Of a stretch of 64,000 bases of DNA, positions 28,358 through 36,558 are shown one piece after another (within the stretch, counting starts at the first letter, position 1; every line of letters starts with the position of its first letter). The DNA is from Deltaproteobacteria bacterium (lineage in GTDB: Bacteria; UBA10199; JADFYH01). The notes under the pieces were generated by a model, which worked only from the letters and a program-made list of their open reading frames with translations, was not told where the DNA came from and did no database searches. Made by a program: the position numbers and the translations under genes. The DNA lies in assembly GCA_015233135.1 (NCBI GenBank), contig JADFYH010000001.1, positions 27,930 through 91,929 of the forward strand. The letters run 5' to 3'.

Positions 28358-31081
28358 TTAAGCACCGCTGGCTTCTGGAGCCTCTTTTTCAAGGGGAAGA
28401 TAAGACGACAACCTGTTGAAACAGTGCAGCAGCTCATTTATTTTTTGAGGGGTGGCAAAGTTCGAATAAATTTTCAGGCCTCGCTTGCCCAATTCCTTTT
28501 CATGGCTTTTGAGTAAACCCAAGGCCTTAAAAGAGGCCATCGTATTTTGAAGAATAAATTGGCTCAGGCTTTCGGGTTTCGTAATTTCACCCTTTAAATA
28601 AAGGATATTTCCCCACTGTAAGATCTTGCCAATCAGATTCTTTTCTTCCCATTTTACAAAGGAGTTCAAGGCCAGAAATTCCAAGGCCAGACTATAGGCC
28701 TCACGAAGATCAGCAGAAAGTTCTGCCATAAATTCTAAGGTGATCCTGTTTTGAGGCATCCAATTTAAGCTCTTTAAGTCGGCCCAGGCTTCTTGAAAAG
28801 GAAGCTGCCCTACAAATTCAAAGGCAAATAACTCACTCAATCGGCTGTATTGTAGATGCAATTGATCTAAAAAAGTCTCCGAGGGAGTTTCGAGGACCTT
28901 CGGATTTTGAAGAAGGAGAAAGCTCAGCAAGCTGAGGTGTATCACATGCGTCATGAGGGAGTTTTTGTAGAAATTCAGGTGACTGCGATGCTGGGCCTCC
29001 ACCACGTAGAAGTTCTCCTTCCCGTCATGATGTTCGCTCACTAAACCCTGCTTCGTATAGCGTTTCAGACCTTGATGGATGGCAGGTAGATATTGATTTT
29101 GAAGGGCTTCTGAAAGATTTACGTTTCGAAGACGCAAGGCAGCTTGCAAATCTTCTAGACGGGCACAAATCTCCTCAAGGGAATGCCCTTTGAGCCGCGA
29201 AGCCAGGAGGGCCGCCGAAATCAGTGCAGGTGCGGTGACAATAGCACTTTGGTTGATCTCCTTAGAAATTTCCAAGGCGAGTTGCCTTACCCCCTTGCGA
29301 ATCTCTTCTTTTTCGGAAAGAGAACTGAATCCTTTTTTATCACTAAAGTCTTTTGCTGAGATGGGCTCGCCAAAGCGAACATAAATTTGCCCCGAGCGGT
29401 GTTTGAGATGTTTTCTGATTTTGAAGAGATCCAAAAAGCTTTCGCCTTTCTTTTGGGCCCCCTTGCTTTCACTAAAATAGCTTTGCTCCTCCAACACCTT
29501 TTCATAGGTGATGGAAATGGGCACAAAGATTAAATCTTCGTGTTGCTGTTCCAGAAAATTATCCATCAGAATGGAAAGCAGACCCGTCTTGGGCTGTTCC
29601 AGCTTTCCACTGCGCGAGCGGGTTCCTTCGATAAAAAACTCATGAAAATAACCTTCTGCCGTCAGGGCCTTGACGTAGGCCTTAAATAAAAGGGGATAAA
29701 GTTTATCGTCTCCAAAACTGCGTTTGATGAAATAGGCGCCTGATTTTCGAAAGACATAACCCATGGGCCAGAAAGAAAGATTTTCTCCCGCCGCCACCAT
29801 GGGCACCGACAGGCTGTGCGAATAAAAGACATAGGAAAGCAGCAGGTAATCGACATGAGAGCGATGAGAGGGGATGAGCACGATGGATGATTTTTTGGAC
29901 AGGTCCTTGATTTTTTGCAGCACCGCTTCATCCACCGAAAGCCCTTCGTAGACATGATTAAAAACCCAGCGCAGAAAAAAGGCCCATAAATCGATGTAGG
30001 TGTAATTGGGGTCGGCGACAATTTTTTCCAAAACCTTTTCGGCCTCCAAATAGAGAGAGTCCGTCGGAAGCCTTTTTTCCTGGGCCAGGGCCATTAAATC
30101 CTGCCTCAGAGTTTTGTCCTGGAGCACCAGATCGATCATTCGTTTTCTATCTTTCAAACGAGGACCGGTGATGGCCTTTTGCTCTTTGTGAAAGATTTGA
30201 TGCAATTCTTTTTGCAATACCTTCGCCTGGTCAAAAATATCTAACGACTGATGCCCCTTGATCCAGGCGCTCAGGGAGATGGGATTTCCGGTTTGTGCCA
30301 GGGCATGTTTTTTATAATGCCTGAAAAAGATGGCGAGTTTTCGTAAGGTGCCTGGATTTTCTCTTTCGCCAAATAAAATATCCACCAAAGAACGCTCTTC
30401 GCTGCCGGGCCGGTGATCATAAGCAAAGGTGAGGGGAATGAGGCATACTTCCTGATTCGCCTCCTCTTTCTCCAGTTCAAACTTTTGGACGCTTTCGAGC
30501 AAAGGCAACAGCACATCTTTCGATTGCAAATCCTTCGCGTCCAGATATTCGGGCAGATTTAAAAATAAAAAGGAAACTTCCTGCTTTAAATCCATCGCTA
30601 GGGGGGCCGACGATTTTTCCTGGATGTTCTGAAGATAATCTTCGGGAAACCCGCCATGGCTGTAGGCAAAATGGAGACGGGCAATTTTGTGAACAAAGAA
30701 TTTTTTGAGCGGCATCCACCAATACATGCGCAGCAGGTTGGCGCGTGTGGCGAGGGGCAGGTTTTCTTTTAAAAAAAGATGATTGAAAAAATTGTATTCC
30801 ACCTGACCCCAATTGCGCATCATATAAACCACAGGACCCTTTTGACTGGCTTGTCTGATTTTTTCCACATCCTGGGGATGAATTTGAATACGATTTAAAG
30901 ATCCTCGAAACATCAAACGGTGAAATAAATTAAATTTCTGAAGCATGGCCGAAACAAAGAGCGGTCCTGATTCTGCAATCCAGAGATTGAAGCGGTCGGG
31001 ATATTTTTTTTGAAAATGAAAATACAGAGGTCTGAGTAGGGTGGCAATGAAGAGGCGAAGGAAATGAGAAACGGTTTTCAT
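28358..31081 (-). CDS. plsB: Glycerol-3-phosphate O-acyltransferase PlsB
   Basis: 907 aa; acyltransferase motif I SHRSHVDY and motif III FIEGTRSRSGK. Confidence 0.85.
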   Translation of the reverse strand: MKTVSHFLRLFIATLLRPLYFHFQKKYPDRFNLWIAESGPLFVSAMLQKFNLFHRLMFRGSLNRIQIHPQDVEKIRQASQKGPVVYMMRNWGQVEYNFFNHLFLKENLPLATRANLLRMYWWMPLKKFFVHKIARLHFAYSHGGFPEDYLQNIQEKSSAPLAMDLKQEVSFLFLNLPEYLDAKDLQSKDVLLPLLESVQKFELEKEEANQEVCLIPLTFAYDHRPGSEERSLVDILFGERENPGTLRKLAIFFRHYKKHALAQTGNPISLSAWIKGHQSLDIFDQAKVLQKELHQIFHKEQKAITGPRLKDRKRMIDLVLQDKTLRQDLMALAQEKRLPTDSLYLEAEKVLEKIVADPNYTYIDLWAFFLRWVFNHVYEGLSVDEAVLQKIKDLSKKSSIVLIPSHRSHVDYLLLSYVFYSHSLSVPMVAAGENLSFWPMGYVFRKSGAYFIKRSFGDDKLYPLLFKAYVKALTAEGYFHEFFIEGTRSRSGKLEQPKTGLLSILMDNFLEQQHEDLIFVPISITYEKVLEEQSYFSESKGAQKKGESFLDLFKIRKHLKHRSGQIYVRFGEPISAKDFSDKKGFSSLSEKEEIRKGVRQLALEISKEINQSAIVTAPALISAALLASRLKGHSLEEICARLEDLQAALRLRNVNLSEALQNQYLPAIHQGLKRYTKQGLVSEHHDGKENFYVVEAQHRSHLNFYKNSLMTHVIHLSLLSFLLLQNPKVLETPSETFLDQLHLQYSRLSELFAFEFVGQLPFQEAWADLKSLNWMPQNRITLEFMAELSADLREAYSLALEFLALNSFVKWEEKNLIGKILQWGNILYLKGEITKPESLSQFILQNTMASFKALGLLKSHEKELGKRGLKIYSNFATPQKINELLHCFNRLSSYLPLEKEAPEASGA

Positions 31082-31115
31082 AAATAGTACGATGGGGTCA
31101 AGAATTTATTGGATT

Positions 31116-31916
31116 TCACTTCAACAAAGCCACCCAGCCCGTAGCAATCTGATGCGCCCAGCGACGCAGTCCGGGAAGGTATTTAAGCATGTCCGTCAAA
31201 ATTTGCCTGGGATTTAAACCGGCCGTGATAATTTCCTGTTCCCCAATTTCTACCCAGTTTCTCAGCATGCTATCGGTCATCTCCGGGTGAAATTGCAAAC
31301 CATACACCCGATCCATATAGCGAAACGCCTGGTTGATAAAAAGCGCAGAACCCGCCAGGCGCATGGCCCCGCTGGGAATATCAAACGTTTCCCCATGCCA
31401 TTGAAATAAAACGGAAGGAGAGGGAAGCATCCCAAAAATAGGATCTTTATTAGAAGCCGGCGCCAGAGTCAGCGGATACCAGCCGATTTCCCTCAGAATG
31501 TTTCCCTTCAATATTCCCCTCCCCCCCTGAGGGGGAGGGTGTCCGCCAGAGGCGGACGGGAGAGGGGCAGGAGGACCAGGGAGAGGGGTAGAAATAGAAT
31601 ACACCTTCGCCCCCAAAGCCTTCGCAATCAGCTGGGCCCCCAAACACACCCCTAAAAGGGGAAGCCGTAACTGAATGGCCTGGAGAATCATCTTCAACTC
31701 ATCGGCAATAAATTGAAGCTTAGCTCCATCGTTCGCACTCATAGAACCACCCATCAGGACAATGCCCGAATAATCGCAAAGCTCTTCATCGAGAGGAACT
31801 GGATCGCCCAAAAAAAGTTTTTTAGTGATGACCTGCTGGCCCGGTTTGTGGAACAAGGGCTCAAAGGCGCCAATGCCTTCGTGGGCTTCGTGTTGGAGGA
31901 CGAGTATTTTTTTCAT
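31116..31916 (-). CDS. Class I glutamine amidotransferase-like protein
   Basis: GVCLGAQL catalytic Cys region and HPE motif; in-frame Pro/Gly-rich insertion (PLPGPPAPLPSASGGHPPPQGGRG) from repeat DNA at 31516-31590; start set to MKKILVLQ. Confidence 0.65.
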   Translation of the reverse strand: MKKILVLQHEAHEGIGAFEPLFHKPGQQVITKKLFLGDPVPLDEELCDYSGIVLMGGSMSANDGAKLQFIADELKMILQAIQLRLPLLGVCLGAQLIAKALGAKVYSISTPLPGPPAPLPSASGGHPPPQGGRGILKGNILREIGWYPLTLAPASNKDPIFGMLPSPSVLFQWHGETFDIPSGAMRLAGSALFINQAFRYMDRVYGLQFHPEMTDSMLRNWVEIGEQEIITAGLNPRQILTDMLKYLPGLRRWAHQIATGWVALLK

Positions 31917-32236
31917 GGGTGTTCCATCCAAAAGCGAAGGGAGTCCGGACAAAGTTCAAAACCATTAGGCCAGGCCAAGGCACCCGATTCAACAAAACAT
32001 TTCTCAAAAATCCCTCCTCTGAGGACCTCTGCAGCCAGACCCTTTGGATGTAAAAAAAGGTGTTGAAGCGAAACAGCAGCTTTACATCCATCTTGAAATA
32101 ATAAGCTCACTTGAAAATTTTCCAAGCTTACCTTCAAAATCTTTTGAACACTATTTCCTAAAGAGACCGGGGTGATTCTTACTTTTCCAGCCCTTGTATT
32201 CTTTTTGACGTCTTGTTTTCTTGCGCGAGTTGCCAT
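31913..32236 (-). CDS. Hypothetical small protein (DUF2442-like?)
   Basis: 107-aa ORF, 4-nt overlap with the GATase start. Confidence 0.3.
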   Translation of the reverse strand: MATRARKQDVKKNTRAGKVRITPVSLGNSVQKILKVSLENFQVSLLFQDGCKAAVSLQHLFLHPKGLAAEVLRGGIFEKCFVESGALAWPNGFELCPDSLRFWMEHP

Positions 32237-32278
32237 GCTCTCCTCAATTCAAGAAATGCAGCGATGATAGGCATAAAA

Positions 32279-32665
32279 TTATTTTCTTCGCTTGGGCTTC
32301 AACTTCTTCAACCTCACCGAGGGCATTCTTTTCAGTTTTTGATTTTTGGGGTCAATATCAATCCCCACCGATTCTAAAGCAGTCACCCCCAAAATGGGTT
32401 CAGTGCCAGGATCTCCAAAGATAATGGTACCTCCAACAATTTCTCCCATAAACTCTATATCACCCGTTGTAATGTCCATTTTTATTTCACTTCCATCCCC
32501 CAGTTCATAAGTGCGCTGAGATTTAGGCTTGAGTCCTATAGCTTCTAAATGATCTCGCGGGACCAGAGAATCGATCGCTCCACTATCCACAAGGAAAAGC
32601 CCTTCCCAAGATTTTTTTGGATTTGCTGGATTGCGAATGGTAACTGTGACATGTGTGGCGCCCAT
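32279..32665 (-). CDS. Retropepsin-like (clan AA) aspartyl protease
   Basis: FLVDSGAIDSLV, a D-S-G-A catalytic motif in a 128-aa protein with a basic C-terminal tail. Confidence 0.55.
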   Translation of the reverse strand: MGATHVTVTIRNPANPKKSWEGLFLVDSGAIDSLVPRDHLEAIGLKPKSQRTYELGDGSEIKMDITTGDIEFMGEIVGGTIIFGDPGTEPILGVTALESVGIDIDPKNQKLKRMPSVRLKKLKPKRRK

Positions 32666-32691
32666 AAAATACTCCCTTATCCATGAGGATA

Positions 32692-33006
32692 CTAATATTC
32701 TTCCCGTTCCAAAAGCTCAATCTCAGGAAAAATTTCTTTCAGCAAAGCTTCCCAGTATTGAGGGCGCTGGGTTTCCTCGATTTTAATTAAAACTTGAAAT
32801 TCTTTATAAAGGACTCGATGGTTTTCATCGTCGATAAACCAATTGAGTAATATACAAATTTTTTCTCCTGTATTGAGATCGTAAGAATAATACTCCCCAT
32901 AATGATCGCTAATTCTTCCAACAGGACTTACTGGAACGATCTTGTTTAATTCAAGATACAATACCTCAACATCACCTTTTTTTAACCCATACAAATCGTA
33001 GATCAT
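32692..33006 (-). CDS. Hypothetical protein
   Basis: 104-aa ORF, co-directional with its neighbours. Confidence 0.3.
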   Translation of the reverse strand: MIYDLYGLKKGDVEVLYLELNKIVPVSPVGRISDHYGEYYSYDLNTGEKICILLNWFIDDENHRVLYKEFQVLIKIEETQRPQYWEALLKEIFPEIELLEREEY

Positions 33007-33014
33007 ACTTCCAC

Positions 33015-34160
33015 CTATTTCTTAAGAAAATTGATATAGTACCCTCTCTGCGAAAGAGTTGCTTCAGAATCATAAATCACAAAAGTAACTTCTCTCTGAA
33101 AATAATTTTTTAATTCTAGAGTCAATTGATGTAGCCCTAGCTTTTCTGAATAATTGGGCTCTAAAGGCCATGTTCGTCTTCTGCTTGCAAGAGGCGCTCT
33201 CACTTCCTTCGCCCTCTCAAAAATCTCCTTCCCCGAAATAGAAAAATCAAAATCGCTTCGTTTCACTGCATCAAAAGCATGACCCAGTCTAAAATTCTTC
33301 CCTGTCACCGCACTCCCAAACAGGTGAGCTTTGGCTTCCGGAAACCCTGCTTCTGCAAGGGCTTGATGGATCTTATTCCCCACCACCTCAAATTCCGCAA
33401 CATCTTTAAATCCATGGGGTAACTTTGAAAGTGCCTTAAATTTGGAAATATCCCCTATCGCCCCAATCTCACCCAACTCCCCAATCTTCCCCACTTTTGC
33501 AACAGGAGCAATCAAAGTCGCAACTTCAAAAGCAATCGAGCCTTTCCCTTCATCACTATTCCATTTTTCCTGATACTGCTGTTTAACCCCTTCCCAAGTC
33601 TGCAAGGGATGCAAGGCCATGTTGCCCAAGCCTTCCAGAGGCTTCATGCCTGGCATCATTCGGAGATTTTCTTTGAAATTTTCCTTTGCCCCTTCCCAGG
33701 TTTTGTTCTGTTCCGCGTGATAACCAAAATGTTCCCATTCTTTTTTGAAAGAATCGTAAATATTTTCTAAAGGAGAAAGTGAGACCACCCCCTTAATCAT
33801 TTCTCCAGGGCCATCGATAAAAAATCCTTTTAAAAAATGGGTGGCTCGTTTTCTTAACTCGGAAGTATTTGCATCCCAAGCGCTTTTTCGTTTTTCGAGA
33901 GCAGAAAAACCCTTTTGCATGTCCTGACTAAAAAAAGGAGAGCCTTGTTGCCTTTCTTTTATTTCCTGAGCCTGAGAATCATCAATTTCAGTCTCTACTT
34001 TTGCAGAGAAGGTCGAGGGCTTGATTTCTTTTAAATTGGATCGGAGGAGTGCTTGTGTCATAGCTTGTGGAAAAAGCAGGAGCTGTGCCAAAAAATTAAA
34101 ACTTGAAATTGAAGCACTTACAAAAATGAAAAAAATGAGCGGCATCCGATTTTCAGACAC
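33015..34160 (-). CDS. Hypothetical secreted protein with C-terminal nucleotidyltransferase-like motif
   Basis: Signal peptide; HLFGSAVTGKNF...SDFDFSISG resembles the pol-beta NTase GS...DxD motif. Confidence 0.3.
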   Translation of the reverse strand: MSENRMPLIFFIFVSASISSFNFLAQLLLFPQAMTQALLRSNLKEIKPSTFSAKVETEIDDSQAQEIKERQQGSPFFSQDMQKGFSALEKRKSAWDANTSELRKRATHFLKGFFIDGPGEMIKGVVSLSPLENIYDSFKKEWEHFGYHAEQNKTWEGAKENFKENLRMMPGMKPLEGLGNMALHPLQTWEGVKQQYQEKWNSDEGKGSIAFEVATLIAPVAKVGKIGELGEIGAIGDISKFKALSKLPHGFKDVAEFEVVGNKIHQALAEAGFPEAKAHLFGSAVTGKNFRLGHAFDAVKRSDFDFSISGKEIFERAKEVRAPLASRRRTWPLEPNYSEKLGLHQLTLELKNYFQREVTFVIYDSEATLSQRGYYINFLKK

Positions 34161-34164
34161 GAGT

Positions 34165-35646
34165 ATGAAAACAAAACAAAAGATTTACACCCTCACCCTA
34201 CCCTCTTCCCTCTCCCAACTCCGCTCTACCCTCCTCCCTTGGTACCAGCAGCACAAGCGCAGTCTACCTTGGCGCCAGACGAAAGACCCATACAAAATCT
34301 GGCTTTCCGAAATCATGTTACAGCAAACGCAAGTCACCACCGTGATTGATTACTATCAGCGTTTTCTAAAAAAATTCCCTACCTTGGAGAGTTTGGCTAA
34401 GGCTAAAGAACAAGACGTGCTCACCCTGTGGTCAGGGCTGGGCTACTACAGCCGAGCCAAAAATCTGCAAAAAGCCGCCCAAAAAATTGTTCAAAACTAT
34501 CATGGAATTTTTCCAAACGATCCGGCTGAAATGCTCAAACTCCCGGGCATAGGCCTCTACACTCGAGGTGCCATTGCCAGTATTGCCTTTGATTTGCCGG
34601 TGGCTTTGGTGGATGGAAATGTGATTCGCGTGTATTCCAGATTACTCGCACTTGCGGGATCGCCTTCGGACGCAAAATTTGTGAAGGAAATTTGGAGAGT
34701 GGCGGAGGGGGTGATTGAGAAGTTAGACGTGAGACGTGAGACGAAAGAAGTAAAAAGTAAAACTGAAAAAAACCCAGGTCTTTCGTCTCACCTCTCACGT
34801 CTCACGTCTTCCCCTCCCCATTCCCCTGGCGACTTCAACCAGGCCCTCATGGAACTGGGCGCCACGATTTGCAGCCCAAAAAATCCCAGCTGTCTGATTT
34901 GCCCACTTCAAAAATGTTGTGAAGGAAAATTACTGGGCCCTGAAAATTTCCCGGAGAAGAAAAAGAGGACGAAAACGAAGGAAATGACGCGCGTAGTGTG
35001 GGTGATGCTGGAGCATGAGAAAGGGTGCAGATGCATTTTACCTCACCCTGACCCTTTCCTCAAGAAGGAAGCAGAATCCCCTCTCCCTCGAGGGGAGAGG
35101 GCCGGGGTGAGGGTGATAAATCAACTGGACCCCCACTGCAAAATCCAACTGATTCAAGACCCCAATACCCGTTGGCACAAGGGCTTGTGGCAGTTGCCTG
35201 GGGAATGGGAGGAGGGAAGAGGAAAAAGGAAAGAGGGAAGAGGGGAGAAGGGAGAAGGGAGACGTGAAACGAAAGACGTAAAAAGTGAAATGGGAAAAAG
35301 CTCCCATCTTCCGTCTCACCTCTTACGTCTCACACCTCACGTCTTACCCCTCCCCTCCTTCACCCACCACATAACCCATCATAAAATAAAGGTTTTGCCG
35401 TATTTGGTAAGAAAGTTAGAAGTAAGTCGTGAAACGAAAGACGTAAGACGGAAGACGAAAGAAGTGAGACGTGAAACGGGAAAAACATTTCCTCTTCCGT
35501 CTCACATCTCACATCTCACATCTCACGCATCTCCCCTCACGTCCCTCCCCCTCCCCCAGGCCCTAAAACTCCCCCTCCCCGCCCCGGACAAGAAAATTTT
35601 AAATTTCTTGCGAGAATTTATGGATAAAGGCAGGGCATCTAAATGA
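34165..35646 (+). CDS. mutY: Adenine DNA glycosylase MutY with multiple in-frame repeat insertions
   Basis: LPWRQTKDPYKIWLSEIMLQQTQV; HhH-GPD region; 4Fe-4S cluster CSPKNPSCLICPLQKCC; C-terminal NUDIX-like region split by three inserted segments (VRRETKEVKS..., GRRETKDVKS..., SRETKDVRRKTKEVRRETGK...). Confidence 0.8.
   Translation: MKTKQKIYTLTLPSSLSQLRSTLLPWYQQHKRSLPWRQTKDPYKIWLSEIMLQQTQVTTVIDYYQRFLKKFPTLESLAKAKEQDVLTLWSGLGYYSRAKNLQKAAQKIVQNYHGIFPNDPAEMLKLPGIGLYTRGAIASIAFDLPVALVDGNVIRVYSRLLALAGSPSDAKFVKEIWRVAEGVIEKLDVRRETKEVKSKTEKNPGLSSHLSRLTSSPPHSPGDFNQALMELGATICSPKNPSCLICPLQKCCEGKLLGPENFPEKKKRTKTKEMTRVVWVMLEHEKGCRCILPHPDPFLKKEAESPLPRGERAGVRVINQLDPHCKIQLIQDPNTRWHKGLWQLPGEWEEGRGKRKEGRGEKGEGRRETKDVKSEMGKSSHLPSHLLRLTPHVLPLPSFTHHITHHKIKVLPYLVRKLEVSRETKDVRRKTKEVRRETGKTFPLPSHISHLTSHASPLTSLPLPQALKLPLPAPDKKILNFLREFMDKGRASK
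34725..34812. repeat. ACGTGAGACG-type palindromic element (family C) in-frame in mutY
   Basis: agacgtgagacgtgagacgaaagaag ... tctttcgtctcacctctcacgtctcacgtct. Confidence 0.7.
35260..35349. repeat. Family C palindromic element, second copy in mutY
   Basis: gagacgtgaaacgaaagacgtaaaaagtgaaatgggaaaaagctcccatcttccgtctcacctcttacgtctcac. Confidence 0.7.
35407..35530. repeat. Family C palindromic element, third copy in mutY (with ctcacat x3)
   Basis: aagtcgtgaaacgaaagacgtaagacggaagacgaaagaagtgagacgtgaaacgg ... ccgtctcacatctcacatctcacatctcacgc. Confidence 0.7.
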
Positions 35647-36065
35647 CCTTAAAACTGACAAGTCTTACAAAAGCAATTGAATCGCTGGCAAAATCTGTTC
35701 AAGTTATTTCCTCTCCAAAACAGATGGAAGCGCTGACTCCTGAAGCACGAGAGACCATCCAATCGGGTGTCATTCAAAACTTTGAAGTCGCTTATGAACA
35801 AGCCTGGAAGATGATGAAACGCTGGATTGAAAACAATGTCGGGAGCACTGTGGTGGATGGCGTCAGTCGCAGAGAACTTTTTCGTTTAGCGGCTGAATCC
35901 CAATTGATTCAGGATGTCGATTTGTGGATGAGTTTTCATCAGGCAAGAAATGAAACTTCACACACTTATGACGGTGAGATTGTCGAAGAAGTGTTGGAAA
36001 TAGCTTCTCGCTTTTTGCTGGAAGTCAAAAATCTTTATTCCTATCTGGAAAAACACAATGATTGA
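35643..36065 (+). CDS. HEPN-domain protein, HI0074 family (second pair)
   Basis: QARNETSHTYD Rx4HxY motif; 4-nt overlap with the mutY stop, 8-nt overlap with the downstream MNT gene. Confidence 0.75.
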   Translation: MTLKLTSLTKAIESLAKSVQVISSPKQMEALTPEARETIQSGVIQNFEVAYEQAWKMMKRWIENNVGSTVVDGVSRRELFRLAAESQLIQDVDLWMSFHQARNETSHTYDGEIVEEVLEIASRFLLEVKNLYSYLEKHND

Positions 36066-36375
36066 TTTGCCCCAAACTACCCTTAAAACCATCCAAAATA
36101 TTCTCAAAACCCGGCTTCCCCAAGCGGAAGTGCGCGCCTTTGGTTCGCGGGTGATGGGAACAGCTAAACCCTACTCCGATCTCGATTTAGTCATTCTAGA
36201 CTCCCAAAAATTAGGCCTGAACACCCTGGCTACACTAAAAGAGGCCTTTCAAGAATCCAATATACCCATTCGTGTGGATGTTCTGGATTGGAACGCCATT
36301 AGCCCCGAATTTCGGGAAGTGATTGAGAAAAAGTACGAAATCCTTCAAAAATCAGAAAATCACAAAAAATTTTAA
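36058..36375 (+). CDS. Minimal nucleotidyltransferase (MNT, HI0073 family), second pair
   Basis: AFGSRVMGTAKPYSDLDLVILD. Confidence 0.75.
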   Translation: MIDLPQTTLKTIQNILKTRLPQAEVRAFGSRVMGTAKPYSDLDLVILDSQKLGLNTLATLKEAFQESNIPIRVDVLDWNAISPEFREVIEKKYEILQKSENHKKF

Positions 36376-36456
36376 AAAACTTAGCAACATTTCTGAAGAA
36401 GTGACGAAAATGGAGAAGTTGACAATTTAGCCTTGTTGGATAGGGCTATTTCAAAA

Positions 36457-36497
36457 TCCCCTCTCCTTACGAAGGAGAGGGTTAGGGTGAGGTCTTA
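36457..36497. repeat. Family B short unit, intergenic
   Basis: cccctctccttacgaaggagagggttagggtgaggtc. Confidence 0.6.
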
Positions 36498-36558
36498 ATT
36501 GGATGCAATTTGATCTCAATTGAGACCTTCTTCCAACTCAAATACCTGGGGAGGTATT

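Noticed and set aside
29190-30812. Multiple 60-120 aa ORFs on both strands within 28358-31081
   Set aside because: All lie inside plsB, whose 907-aa frame carries both acyltransferase motifs.
12962-36497. The GC-rich repeats as a CRISPR array
   Set aside because: The copies are dispersed over 24 kb, irregularly spaced, palindromic in pairs and located inside genes; there are no regular repeat-spacer units and no cas genes.
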